64,000 nucleotides of DNA from the human T2T-CHM13v2.0 reference genome, Homo sapiens, in assembly GCF_009914755.1 (NCBI RefSeq), contig NC_060934.1. One strand, written 5' to 3'. The notes under the pieces were generated by a model that saw only the letters and a list, made by a program, of their open reading frames with translations, was not told the DNA's origin and made no database searches. Made by a program: the position numbers and the translations under genes. Below, one piece after another: positions 45,971 through 59,430 of this stretch. Within the stretch, counting starts at the first letter, position 1. Every line of letters begins with the position of its first letter.

Positions 45971-46274
45971 CAGCGTAGCTCCTCCTCAAGTGGTGGGGAA
46001 GAGTTCAGCAGCCCAGGGACTGAGTGGGAAATGGAGCATTAGTTTTCTCTTCTCATAGCCAGTCACAGCCTTGATCCCCTTAGAAGGGCTTCTAATCAGG
46101 GGAGCAGCAGGAAGCCAAGCGAGGCCCTCCTTATCCTCTCCACAAAGCAGAGGAAGCTGCACCCCCTTGCTCCAGGCATCCTTGGAGACAGAGGGCATGC
46201 TACTGAAAAGCCACCTCCCCATAAGCTCCAAAGGGAGCTGAACTGCCCACAGCTCACTAATTTTGCTGTTGGTT

Positions 46275-46715
46275 ATTTTTCTATTGAGGTATAATTCACG
46301 TTCCATAAGATCCATGATTTTTAAGTGTACAGTTCAGTGGGTTTTAGGACATTCACAAGGTCGTGCAACCATCACAACCATCTGATTTCAGAACATTTTC
46401 ATCACCCCAGAAAGAAACCCCAAAGCCATTAACACTCGCTTCCCATCTCCTGATCTCTCCAGGCCTTGGCAATCACTAACCTACTTTCTGTCTCTAAGGG
46501 TTTGCCTATTCTGGACATTTCATACTAATGGAATCCTAGGATAAGTGGCCTTTGGTGTCCGGCGTGTTTCACTTAGGTTAATATACTTGAGGTTCATCCA
46601 CATTGGAGCATGTATGAGTACTTCATTCCTTTTTATGGCTAAATAATATTCCCTTGTGTGGAGAGACCACAATTTATTTACTCATTCATTAATTGATGGA
46701 TATTTGAGTTGTTTG
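46275..46715 (-). mobile_element. L1MB 3' end
   Basis: 'ttgaggtataattcac...tttaagtgtacagttcagtgggtttt...cagaacattttcatcaccccagaaagaaacccc'. Confidence 0.85.
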
Positions 46716-46998
46716 TTTCAAACTTAGATCTTGGGCCACTTTGAAACCTTTATTAGGAAAAACTCTGGATCTTCACACCACTATTTTATTGGCTAACGTT
46801 ACAACCGAGGTTGTTTTGTGGTAGGCAGATGAAAGAGTGGAGGAGGTGTGGGGAGAGCAGGTCCCTCTCCTCTGCTGGGTCTGTGCAATGCCAGTGAGGC
46901 TGCCCTTCATGGAAGCAGCTGAGACAGCAGAGCCAAGGCCCCAGAGCAGTTATGGGCAGCAGAAAGTGTTTTGTGTGGGAGCAAAATAGAGGCTGGAA

Positions 46999-47186
46999 CA
47001 AGTGGTGTGTGAATAAGCCAGTCCTCTGGGGAGGGGAAAAGCCCTGCTTTGCAGCATTTGCTAATTTCCATGGTATAAATACTCTCATTGTGGCCAATTT
47101 CAAGCTACAAACTAGGTGACGCTGAACACAGACTTGGGAGAAATATACACCATGGGGTTGGTACAACCAGTTCCAGGACACCACTG
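46999..47186 (-). mobile_element. MER63 (hAT-Blackjack) DNA transposon fossil
   Basis: TIRs 'caagtggtgtg' / 'gacaccactg'; internal 'aatttccatggtataaatactc...ggccaatttcaagctac'; perfect 8-bp TSD ggctggaa. Confidence 0.88.
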
Positions 47187-47349
47187 GGCTGGAACTCAGC
47201 TTCCTGCACATGGATGAGAAAGCAGCTCCCTAGGGACCTCTGGGAAGCAGCTGGAGACTCTCAGAGGGGGTCAGTTTCCAGCAATAAGGCACCTAGCATC
47301 TGCCCAATGTGTGTTTCCCTCCCCGATCTTGTTCCAAAATACCAGTCAC

Positions 47350-47626
<277 letters not shown>

Positions 47627-47974
47627 ACCAGTCACCTCTTTGAATTAGGCAGCAAAACCAGAGCATTCCTGGGCAACTAGCCTTTGGTTACTCTAATGCT
47701 TCCTCATCATGTAGGGTCACGTAAAAAGCCCTTCTACTCACTGCAAGTCCCTGACTACCCTACCAGTGGAGGAATGTGGATTGATGAAGTGTTTGGTCAT
47801 AGCTGAAATACAACCCTCTTGGAGCTTCTTTGGAAATATAATAAGGGAAATGATAGATCGGCATTAAATAAAGAATATTGTATAATAGTTCACAATCCTA
47901 TGATAATAGTTCATAGGAATAGAAAATGACAAGTGTTGAAATTGGAAAAAGTCTGATTCTTAATGTCTACACCT

Positions 47975-48275
47975 GTACAGTCCAGTATGGCAGCCACTCA
48001 CATGTGGCTGTTAAACAACCGAAATGTGACTAGAACACATTGAGAGGTGCTATAATATACACACCGCATCTCGAGTGTTTGTTTAGTAAATTAAAAAAAT
48101 GTAAAATATCTCAGTAAGTTTTATAATGATTACATTTTGAAATATATTTTTGCTATTTTGGATAAAATAAAACTAAATCATTTAATTTCACTTGCTTTTT
48201 ACTTTTTAAATTTTAAAATTTACATTTTAAATTGCATGTGTGACTTACATTCTGTTTCTATTGGATAGCACAATA
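47975..48275. mobile_element. MER33-like hAT-Charlie fossil
   Basis: 'gtccagtatggcagccact...catgtggctgttaaac...tttctattggatagcac'. Confidence 0.7.
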
Positions 48276-48619
48276 CTAGATACTATTGGACACCTCTTAA
48301 TCAATTTAAACAACAGGAGCTACATTTATTAGGTTTTACTATGTGTCCAACACCAAATGAAACTATTTATGTATATAATTTTATTTAATCCTTTCAACTT
48401 TTTGATAGGACTCGTTATCCCTGTGTTATAAAGGAGAAAACTGAAGGTCAGAGAAGTTAAGTAACTTATCCATGTTCACACAAGGAGTCTTAATTCAAAT
48501 CAGTCTTTGGCTCAAAAGTCTGTGCTGTGATGCTTTTTGCTAAAGCAAATGAAGGATTTCCTAATCTCTAATAGACATATAGGTTAATGGGAAAGACAAT
48601 TTGTTAGCAGTCTGTTTGT

Positions 48620-49220
48620 TTTGGTAACTGTATATTTTGATAGGATTTCAAATTTAGAGAAAAATTGTAAGAATAGTACAAGGAACTCACATGTACATGG
48701 TCCAGACTCACCATCTGTCTATAGGCTAGGGATAGAGAGAGAGAAAAAGAGGATTTTTCCCCTCAAACCATTTGGGAGTAAGTTGCAGACATCAGGTCCA
48801 TATACTCCAAGTACTGATGTGTGTGTGCTTCCTTAGAACAAAGACATTCTCTTATTTAGTCACAATCCAATGTTCAAAATTAGGAATTTTAACAGTGATA
48901 TAATACCATTTCCCAATGATAGTCCATATTCAGATTTCATCAGTTGTCCCAGTAATGTCCTTTTCAGCTACTTTCCCCCATTGGTTCAGAGTCCAGTCCA
49001 GGATAATGCATTAGATTTAGTTGTCACGTCTCCTTAATCTCCTTTAATCTAGAACAGTTCCTCAGCTTGGTGTGCTGCTTGACTCTGATATTTTTAAAGA
49101 ATGCAACCCATTATTTTGTAGAATGTTCTTTAGTATAGTTTATCTGGATTCCTTTAGGATCAGAATCAGGTTTTGCACTTTCAGCAAGAATATTACAAAG
49201 TGTTCCTGGTCTCACTCAGC
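48620..49220 (-). mobile_element. L1MC-type 3' end
   Basis: 'aattgtaagaatagtacaaggaactc...agtccatattcagatttcatcagttgtccc...cctttaatctagaacagttcctcagc'. Confidence 0.75.
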
Positions 49221-50560
49221 ACATATTTGCTAGCTGCTTTTAAATATTGTTTATGAGACTTTAGCATAAAAGTAAGAAATAAGTCTTTCAAAAACATTTC
49301 TAGATTTGGTCCAAATATTTCTAGAAATTGGTCCAAATATTCCTGTGCAAAACAAGTGTAAATGTTAGGTGTAAAATATAGATAATGATAAATATGGATT
49401 ATAATAATTATAACATGGCTATATTTTCATATTTTCCTGACCCTGTATAGAAAACAATTATTTTTAATTCAGTCTAGCAATTTGAAAGAAAGATTAGAAT
49501 ATATGAGTTGGCGATGGATAGATAGGAAAAGAGAGTGAGTATAAGGTCATTTAACCACTAAAGATGGTTTAATTTCAAGGCACCTGTTGTTTAGAGTAAA
49601 ATAATTTCTTTGTTCTCTTTTCTCGTTCTTTTCACTTCAATTCATATGATAAGTGCTTTGATTAGAGTCATCAAACTGCCATTGCCAGATCCACTGCTAT
49701 GCTGCAAGAAGATGGTGTTTGTTCAGAGTTAGCAGCAAACTCTTATAATCTCATTTCATTCAAATGATGTTTTTATTGCAAGATGTAACACCAGCAACCT
49801 AAACTGTCTCTGACAGTCTCATATTTTTCTTGTTTAAGAAACAGCTGTCAAAAGGATCTGTGTGAGCTAAGCAACTGACAAATTACAGGAAAATTATATT
49901 TTTAATCAATCACTTGCCTAAAGTCATGGAATGTGGTTTATAGTTATCCAGATATAACGCCATTTAGAAACCTTTTCTTTCATCATAGGGCATCTAGTAA
50001 TTTTTATGGTTTTCTTCTTATCCTGTGGCCAAAAAAAAGGATGTCTAAGACAAATGCACTTTAAATATAAAGATATAGACTGAAAGGAAAAGTATAGAAA
50101 AACATATACCATGCAAAATGTGAGCTTAATAAACACGATGTGGTGTGGCTATATTAATACCAGTCAAAATAAATTTCAAGGCAAGGACTATGAATAGAGA
50201 TAAAGCACATTTAATAATGACAAAAGGGTCAATTCATCAGAATACATGACGACAAAAGATGTATGTGACCTTCAAAATATACAAAATATATAGAGAAATT
50301 CAAAATCCACAAAGAAAAAAATGGCAGTGTTAGAGAAATAGAAGTAATTGGAGATTTTAACACCTCTTGTTCAATAACTGACAGAAAAAATGGGACAAAA
50401 AGATGGGTAAGGATATAGATTTGACTATCAACAAACTTGACCCAATTGGCATTTACTGAACAGTGGTAGAATACACATTCACTTTTTAAGAACACACAGA
50501 ACATTCACCAAGAGGCTATATACTAGGTTCTAAAATGTCTCAATAAATTTCAAAATATTG

Positions 50561-52003
50561 GCTCCCTCTCCCCCTCCCCCTCTTTGCATGGTTTCCCTCT
50601 GATGCCCAGCCGAGGCTGGACTGTACTGCCGCCATCTGGACTCACTGCAACCCCCTGCCTGATTCTCCTGCCTCAGCCTGCCGAGTGCCTGGGATTGCAA
50701 GCGCGCACCGCCACGCCTGACTGGTTTTCGTATTTTTTTTGGTGGAGACGGGGTTTCGCAGTGCTGGCCCGGCTGGTCTCCAGCTCCTGACCGCGAGTGA
50801 TCTGCCAGCCTTGGCCTCCTGAGGTGCTGGGATTGCAGACGGAGTCTCACTCACTCAGTGCTCAGTGGTGCCCAGGCTGGAGTGCAGTGGCGTGATCTCG
50901 GCTCGCTACAACCTCCACCTCCCAGCCGCCTGCCTTGGCCTCCCAAAGCGCCGAGATGGCAGCCTCTGCCCGGCCACCACCCCATCTAGGAAGTGAGGAG
51001 CGTCTCTGCCTGGCTGCCCATTGTCTGGGATGTGAGGAGCCCCTCTGCCCGGCCGCCCAGTCTGGGAAGTGAGGAGCGCCTCTTCCTGGCCGTCATCCCG
51101 TCTAGGAAGTGAGGAGCGTCTCTGCCCGGCAGCCCATCGTCTGGGATGTGGGGAGCGCCTCTGCCCCGCCGCCCCGTCTGAGATGTGAAGAGCGCCTCTG
51201 TCCAGCCGCGACCCCGTCTGAGAACTGAGGAGTGTCTCTGCCCCGCCGCCACGCCGTCTGGGAGGTGAGGAGCGTCTGTGACCAGCCGCCCCGTCTGAGA
51301 AGTGAGGAGCCCCTCCGCCCGGCAGCTGCCCCGTGTGGGAGGTGAGGAGCATCTCCGTCCGGCAGCCGCCCCGTCCAGGAGGTGGGGGGGGCAGCCCCCG
51401 CCCGGCCAGCCGCCCCGTCTGGGAGGTTGGGGGGCGCCTCTGCCCGGCCACCCCGTCTGGGAGGTGTACCCAATAGCTCATTGAGAACGGGCCATGATGA
51501 CATGACGATGGTGGTTTTGTCGAATAGAAAAGGGGGAAATGTGGGGAAAAGAAAGAGAGATCAGGATTGTTACTATGTCTGTGTAGAAAGAAGTAGACAT
51601 AGGAGACTCCATTTTGTTCTGTACTAAGAAAAATTCTTCTGCCTTGGGATGCTGTTAATCTATAACCTTACCCCCAACCCCGTGCTCTCTGAAACATGTG
51701 CTGTGTCCACTAAGGGTTAAATGGATTAAGGGCGGTGCAAGATGTGCTTTGTTAAACAGATGCTTGAAGGCAGCTTGCTCGTTAAGAGTCATCACCACTC
51801 CCTAATCTCAAGGACCCAGGGACACAAACACTGCGGAAGGCAGCAGGGCCCTCTGCCTAGGAAAACCAGAGACCTTTGTTCACATGTTTATCTGCTGACC
51901 TTCCCTCCACTATTGTCCTATGACCCTGCCAAATCCCCCTCTCTGAGAAACACCCAAGAATGATCAATAAATACTAAAAAAATAAAAAAATAAAAATAAA
52001 AAT
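50561..52003 (+). mobile_element. Full-length SVA (older subfamily, SVA_B-like)
   Basis: Short CCCTCT-type head, antisense Alu-like domain, GC-rich VNTR ('gtctgggaagtgaggagcgcctctgcccggccgcc'), SINE-R, AATAAA, A-tail; perfect 15-bp TSD aatttcaaaatattg (50546-50560 / 52004-52018). Confidence 0.96.
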
Positions 52004-52254
52004 AATTTCAAAATATTGAAATCTTTAAAAGCTTATTTAGAACCATAAAATTAAATTAGAAATCAATAACAATAAAGTATCTAGGAAGTCTCCAAAGGCT
52101 TAAAAATTAAACTACCCCCTTGTAAAAAATGCACAGGTCAAAGAGGAAATTATAAGCATTAAGAAAATATTTTATACAGAAAAGTGATTTTAAAACACAT
52201 ATCAAAAATTCAGAGATTCTGCTAAAGCACTGACTTAAGAGAGATGTATAGCTT

Positions 52255-52967
52255 CGAAACCACCTTTGCAAAATTATGATAGAAAGAAAAATCTGACATG
52301 GCTGATTCCATCTCACTTCTAACCTCACAGGCTAGCTGTTTTTGCTAATTCCTGGGCATGGGCCAAGCTAACTTTGGGAGAAATTTGGTTTATATTTTAA
52401 ATAACAATAGCCCTTCCCTAAAACTAAACTGACCTTGTAAAACTAATGAAAGGTCATCAGGTTAGGAGAATGAGAGGGGCTGGAATTCTGCTAAAATGTA
52501 AAGTAGGTAAACAATTACAGCCATTTTCCCGGAGGTCACAAGATTTGCAACTTCCCCAATTACTCCTGCAGATAACATTACTATTGTAGAACCCAAGTTT
52601 GGCTTTTTGAAGTGTCTTTTCAGGGTTTTGCACTTCTAACAACCAGATGGCCCCATTTGGACCTGTGACTTAACCAGTTCTGTGGCCCCACCTAGAAGCC
52701 AACTCAGCTCATGAGGACCATATTTCATACCACCATCATTGCATCCCCAACCAATTAGCAGCACCTATAGCCTAGCCCCCTGCCCACCAAACTATCTTTG
52801 AAGAACCCCTAACCTCCAAGCCTTCAGTGAGATTGATTTGAGTAATAACTTCGTCTCTCACCTGGTGTGGCTAGTCTCATGTTAATTAAACTCTTTTTTT
52901 ATGGCAATGCCTTGAGTCTCCGTGAACTGATTTTGTTTGTGCAAGAAGAACCCATCGGGCAGTTACA
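52255..52967 (+). mobile_element. LTR8/LTR8A ERV1 solo LTR
   Basis: 'gaaaccacctttgcaaaattatga...ggccaagctaactttgggag...gaacccatcgggcagttaca'; TSD gctt/gatt. Confidence 0.85.
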
Positions 52968-53277
52968 GATTTAAATCTGAAATCACTGACTTGAAATATT
53001 TCTTCTTTTAAAATATGTTTTCACATTATGAAACTAAGAAAACATGGGTGAATTAAACTCAAAATAAGTTTAAGGGAAGAAAGAAAGATCAGCAGAAATC
53101 AAAGAAGTAGAAAACAGATAAATAAGAGAAAATTAGCAAGGACAATAGTTACTTTTGTGAATAAAATGGTAACATTGATAACCCCACAACAAGACTTCAC
53201 CTGAGGGTTGATCAGAGAATCTGAGCCAATATGAGTGATACAGAATATGGTAGGAATCTGACCTCATGCAATTGTGC

Positions 53278-54155
53278 TGTAAACCAGAAATAAAACTCTA
53301 AGCCTCTCAGCCAACTGATGGATGTTCCTCTTGGCCAAGGGCATTCCAAAGCAAACCCGAAAAACTATTTAATGCAAGGATGGAAAGGAGTGGGGGTCAG
53401 ACATGCCTCATTGTAACCTCTTCCCTGTGGAATTCAGGCACAACTGATCAGCATTAACATTAAAACAGAGATTCTAAGACTGAGAGAACAAACTGTTTGT
53501 AGCAATAAGATACCAAATTCCAACCTGACTCTAGTATAGTATTGCATGACAAGTAGCAGGCCCTGAAAGAAATCAGTCTTTTGTCCCAAAATATACTTAT
53601 TTGATATATTTTGAAATGGTCTTGCAAAGCTGTCTCTTGTGGGGGAAATTTACATTCTATAGAGAATCCCCTGTTCTTTCCAGGTCTTTTTCTGATCCTG
53701 AAGAGGTTGGCTGAGAGTCTAGCACCTTTTGAGGGTCTGAATAGAAAACACTTGCCATCTATTGCCTCTAAGGGCGGCCACCTAGGAGACTTCATCTACA
53801 TAAGAACCCTGTTTTCCACAGTCCTTTATCTTAACCCAAACACTCCTTTCTATTGATTCCAGGTCTTCAGATAACCAATTGCCAATCAGAAAATCTTTGA
53901 ATCCACCTATGACCCGAAAGCCCTCCCACTTTGAGTTGCCTGCCTTTCCAAACTAATGAACACCTTATATGTATTGATTGATGTCTGTCTGTAACTTCTG
54001 TCCCTCTAAAATGTTTAAAATCAAACTGTAAAACAACCACTTTGGGGACATGTTTTCAGGACCTCCTGGGGCTGTGTCACAAGCCTTGGTCACTCATATT
54101 TGGCTCAGAATAAACCTCCTTAAATAGTTTATAGCATTTGACTCCTACGTTGACA
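53278..54155 (+). mobile_element. MER4-group ERV1 LTR (MER4B/D/E-like)
   Basis: 'tgtaaaccagaaataaaactctaagcc...cttggtcactcatatttggctcagaataaacctc...gttgaca'. Confidence 0.8.
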
Positions 54156-54565
54156 GGGGTAACTGGTTAAACAGTCTATGTGAAACAAGTGCTTTGGTGT
54201 CCAAAGCCTATAGAGCCACCAGTCAGGAACAAAACCTGGACTAGAAGTGGGAGAAATCCAGGATAAACTGGAGCCTCGGAGGACCCACTAGGATTCAGGG
54301 GCACAAGCTGGAACGTGCATAGGCCTTTCACTGCCTCTGAGCGTCCAACTTCAATGTCTCAAGTGAGCTGCTGGTGCTCTTGTTGTACAGCTGCATAGGT
54401 GGCTCAACCAGGGTTGAGAAAAGCTGGAGGCAGAAGCCCAGAAATGAGGGGAGCTGTAGACCTGGCTCTTGCCCCCACATATATGATGAACCACCAAAGA
54501 ACCAGCAATGTGCAGGAGCTCAGCCACGCCTTCCCATACATCCACTGGCTGCCACTTTATTCTAC

Positions 54566-55014
54566 TGTGAACCCCAAATATCTGAAAGAGGTCTCAGTTA
54601 ATTTTGAAAGTTTATTTTGCCAAGGTTGAGGACACATGCCCATGACACAGCCTCAGGAGGTCCTGACAACATGTGCCCAAGGTGGTCAGAGCACAGTTTG
54701 GTTTTATACATTTTAGGGAGACATGAGACATCAATCAACATATGTAAGATGAACATTGGTTCTGTCTGGAAAGGTGGGACAAGTCCAAGTGGAGAGGGGG
54801 TTTCTAGGCCATAGGTCAATAAGAAAGAAATGGTTGCAATCTTTTGAGTTTCTGATTAGCCTCTCCAAAGGAGGCAATCAGATACATATTTATCTCAGTG
54901 AGCAGAGGGGTGACTTTGAATAGAATGGGAGGCAGGATTGCCCTAAGCAGTTCTCAGCTTGATTTTTCCCTTCAACTTAGTGATTTGGGGGCCCCAAGAT
55001 ATTTTCCTTTCACA
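54566..55014 (-). mobile_element. MER4A-like ERV1 LTR
   Basis: 'tgtgaaccccaaatatctgaaagaggtctcagttaattttgaaagtttattttgccaaggttgagga...ttttcctttcaca'. Confidence 0.85.
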
Positions 55015-56050
55015 CTGTCTTGCACATCTCACATAAATTTCTCTTGGGGACAACCCTGACTCAGAACCAAACAGAGAAGGGAATTCTGAGAAAGGTAGTT
55101 TTTGCTTTAGCATGTTGACACAATACCTATCCACACTGATTGAGAAAACAAAGAAAATACAAATTACCAAAATCAGGATTGAAAGAGGTGATATCACTAT
55201 AGATTTTATAAACATTTATGAAAAACAAGCCCTGGCTCATTCATTGCTCACCTTCAGAATTTCCTGGTTGTGTGTGCTCCTGGGAGAAAGAAAGTTTACA
55301 TTAAAAAAGAAAAAGACATCCAATTACCTATCTTTCTTGTTTCCTTGCTGAGTTAAATATGCCTATGTATTAAAGCAAAAATTTAAACAATCGATCAATT
55401 AGAGTATTAGGATGTACTTTGCTAAAGGATTCTTCAGGCAGCAGAACATGGACAAGTTTCATGGTAGGTTATTTCACTGACAAGCTCAAGGGCAAGAACG
55501 GTGAAATTTAAAATCATTAGCCTCTGCGCATTAAAGATTGGTGAGAAATGAGGACAACATTTCAGAAATGAAAATTATATGCCCACAATACTTTCAAGCA
55601 GAATTAAACACAATCTTAAGACCCACTTATTGCCGGAAGTGAACATTCTTTGCACATGCTCCAGCTCCCTTGTTTCCTTACAATACAGATTCTTTGCCTT
55701 TTGTAGTCAGGATTAAAGGACATAACATCCCTCACTATGCAGAGCGTTGTGCAAATAGTGATCATGAGAAAGGAGCCTGTGAGTTAGGTTTCTGCTTTAT
55801 TTGCCCATACAAAGAGAACAGAGCCTTCTAGAGTAGCTTTCCCATTGTCTCATTATTTGTCATACAACTCAGCACACACTGGAAGACAATCACAAGGTGG
55901 GCACACAGAGGTTTGATCGAGGTCCTGTTACTCAAAGCTCCCCTTTGCCTCTATCTCTATTGCCAATGAGGAAATGTATCTGATCAATTAACTCACACTA
56001 GCATACAGAGGTGCCTTTTCAGATCAGAGTATTTCTAAAAAGATATCTGG

Positions 56051-56381
<331 letters not shown>

Positions 56382-57809
56382 TTATAATGGTGGGATATCA
56401 AGCACTGGTGAGGCTGAGTTAGAAGAGATTTGGCTACTATGGGAGGAATTTTTAGACTCTGCTTGAATCCTTTCTCCCTCTCTCTGCTTCCTTCATTGTT
56501 TCGTGGAAATCTAGAAAGTGCCAACTACCTCATAAGCAGGTGGGTTAATGCCTGCCTTGACTGGATGTTTGATCTCATTAGCCGACAGTTTCCTTTTTCA
56601 TCATTTCCAACAGCGCCATTGTTTATGACCCCAGATAGACCTGGGATGCTAGTTACCAGCCTGATCATGTCCACTGTCACATTTCATGTCTTCTGTCAGA
56701 ATTTATGATGTAGCATCCTTTGGAGGTCACTAAAAACATCTTCAGAGGAAAGAGCTTCTGTGAATCCACTGAGTCATAAAACCGTCTCCTAGAGAGGAGT
56801 ATTTCTCATGGATCAGAAGCTGTCTGGAAGAGCAGCTTGCAGGAAGGAAGAGTTAAATGAGACAGTCGGTTGCGCAAACACTTGAGTGAGAAAGCAGTGA
56901 GAGCGATTCGATGAGCTTTTTCTTCCCCTAAAATTAATTACAATTTTAAAGGCTGGCAGCTTGATTTTATATTGCAACTTTCTTCAATTAAATCTACATT
57001 TTTTCTATCTTACTTCATGTCATCTCACTAATTGGTTTCAGCATCTACTTGTGCTACCACCAAACTGTCTTTGCTTAAAAGAAGCTGTTTTACTAAAAGA
57101 AAATTAAAAATGTAAATGTATCCTATCTTATATTGCCTCTTCCTTTTCTGCCAGAAGAGAGGGGGAAATAACTGATCAGTGAAATCCTAAGAGGCACAAA
57201 CTGGAGTTACATTTTTGCAATGTGCGGGACAGCGCCATGAAGCTACAATGTGTCTGGTACCCTGGGTTCATTCTCATCCAGTCAATGCATATTGAGCACC
57301 CACTGTATGCCAGGCCCTGGTCTAGATGCTTTGGGGTCTAAGCAGGATCATTCAAGTGTCCATAAGAGCTTCCTCCAGCTTCCCAGGCATGGCAGAATCA
57401 TTATTCACACTCAAAACTCTGTTTCTGGTGGCCTTTCCCCAAACCGTTAAAGTCATGGCAATGTCAAGTGAACAATTATTTCCTTATTTTCCTTCAATAA
57501 ATGCTGGTAGCTATTGTATTACCACCTCCTCCACTAACATCCATTTTGAAAATAATGGCAATTCAGTAAAAAGCTTAGAAAGCAAAACAAAGTAAAATTA
57601 TTCTGTTTCATTAAACAACATTAAAAGACTGGGTTCAAAATAGGGTCTGTGTTATACTCAGCTGACTCTGACGACCAAGTCAGCAGGGAAGTCCCTCCAA
57701 TTTCTTACCATCTGTGGGTGCTAGAAGGGCTTGCAAACCTGCTGTGTGTAAAAGGTGGCAGTCAAAGAAGCCTCTTAAAACAAGAAAGGGATTTGAAATG
57801 GCTGTGTCC

Positions 57810-58060
57810 AACTGGTTGTCAATCTGGATTCCAGGGGCCCTAGAGGTTCAAGGTGATGCCTCCAGACCACTAGGAGGAGCTGTTGAGGGTGGTCAAGGGG
57901 CCAACAGACTGCGACCTCCAGTTCCCCACCCCAACTTCAACCCAAAGGGTATCCCTTTCACCTGTCTTACCTACCAGTGTCCCTTGGGACAATCCATGAA
58001 AGAAAAGAGCTCTACAGAAGAAAAGGGTTCTACAGCCTTAAAAATAAGGAAACCCACTGG
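57810..58060 (+). mobile_element. MER102-like hAT-Charlie fossil
   Basis: 'ccccaccccaacttcaaccc...aaagggttctacagccttaaaaataaggaaacccactgg'. Confidence 0.55.
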
Positions 58061-58709
58061 CCTATGACCTGCTGTAGCATGCTAGAGGGCAATGCTGATG
58101 ACGTATTCTCTTTGGGACTCAAATAGTTTGAAACAGCGAACGTTTTGATGAATGACGAAGTAAAAGCTGGGTTGGCCAACACTGTACTGTTACAGATGAT
58201 GCTTGCTCCTCTCCTGCAGTTCTGCACACTCCTCCACCCAACATCAAGTGCCTGGGGAAGCCAAGCCAGCGTAGCACAGCCCCCAGATACTTCAACATTC
58301 AAACTTCAGACATTCAAGTCCACATTTCCATGCAATCCTGCATAATGTAAGCAAATTTAGCTTGCTTAAAAATAGATACTCCCAAGGTTGGGTAATGCAC
58401 GGCCTTTTTTGCTGTAAACCAAGATGCAGCAGATGGAGACCTTAACCATTATTCTTTTTGCTCCTTCTTTTTCTCAGTTCATGACACAGTAAAGGATGAT
58501 TTCAGAGAAAAGTTAATAAGAATATGCATCTAATGAGGATTGCAAAATGTTCACTTTGCAGTGATGGATAAAGCCATTTTGGAGTCAATCCTAAAAAGCC
58601 AAGACTCCTGGGTGTCAGTCAGGATGGAGCGATGCACAGAACCTAGAGGGGAAGCAGTCCAACCCCCCAGCAGATGCATGAGTTTATGCAGAAATTTGAA
58701 ACAAGGCTG

Positions 58710-58900
58710 CCATTTATTAGGTATTTATCATGAGCCAGGACCTCTGTAAATAGCATCTCTAATTCTCAAAACAACCTTTTAAGTTAAGTATTTTCATTTT
58801 ACAGATAGGAAACTGAGGTTCAGAGTAGTAGTATTATGTCCAAGCCGCCAAGCTAGTAAGTGACAGAATCAGGTTGCAAATCAGATCTGCCTGATTGTTC
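58710..58900 (-). mobile_element. MIR
   Basis: 'cattttacagataggaaactgaggttcagag...agctagtaagtgacaga'. Confidence 0.75.
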
Positions 58901-59179
58901 TCTTCCTGCTTCCCACACTACCCCACTGTTTGCACATCTCCAGTGACAGGGAACTCACTGCCTCCCAAGCCACATGTGTGCTGAATAGCGCTAAGGAATA
59001 AAAAGCACTTTGTGTTGAAATGAAACCCACTGCCTGTTACTGCTACACCTAGAACCTGCATCTGCCCTTTGGAGCCACACAAAGTCCATCAAAGAGGGCT
59101 TCCACAAGACAGCCTTCCAAGGAATTTGAAGAAAGATTGTGGAGCTCAATTTCTCTTCTCTAGGTTAAGCCTCCTGGGG

Positions 59180-59430
59180 CTGGGGTGTAGGGCTCAGGAT
59201 GTGGGTCCTGGAACCAGACTGCTGGGGTTCAAGTCTCTGCTCAGTGACCTACTGGGTGAACGAGATGAATTTCAAATTTTCTTTTACTCAGTTTCATCTT
59301 ATACTCTGTCTCATCCATAAAATGGTGTGAAAGCAATAACATCTACTTTTTTGTGTTTATGAGAATTCAATAATTTATAGAAAGCACTTGCCATACAGCT
59401 TGCAAACAGCAGGAGCTTAATAAGTGACAA
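59180..59430 (+). mobile_element. MIR
   Basis: 'ggaaccagactgctggggttcaagtctctgctc...ctcatccataaaatgg...aaagcacttg'. Confidence 0.65.

Larger units (their letters stand above)
53200..55125 (-). mobile_element. MLT2-type ERVL LTR (MLT2F-like) split by two MER4-group LTRs
   Basis: Pieces ~53200-53277, 54156-54565 and 55015-55125 ('acagagaagggaattctgagaaaggtagttt...gttgacaca'). Confidence 0.6.
50030..55216 (+). mobile_element. Old L1M ORF2 (endonuclease region) broken by nested insertions
   Basis: Collinear sense pieces 50030-50560 ('ggagattttaacacctct', 'gaacattcaccaag'), 52004-52254, ~53020-53195 and ~55136-55216 ('caaattaccaaaatcaggattgaaagaggtgatatcactataga'). Confidence 0.8.

Noticed and set aside
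45197-46058. Long overlapping ORFs (164, 259 and 229 aa) rich in H/T/P/W
   Set aside because: They are open in several frames only because the minisatellite lacks stop codons; non-ATG starts and repetitive low-complexity products.
49296-49341. ~22-bp tandem duplication (similar micro-duplications near 16035 and 26900)
   Set aside because: Ordinary slippage duplications with no further structure.
50530-51963. Multiple ORFs up to 191 aa
   Set aside because: All lie within the GC-rich SVA Alu-like, VNTR or SINE-R domains.
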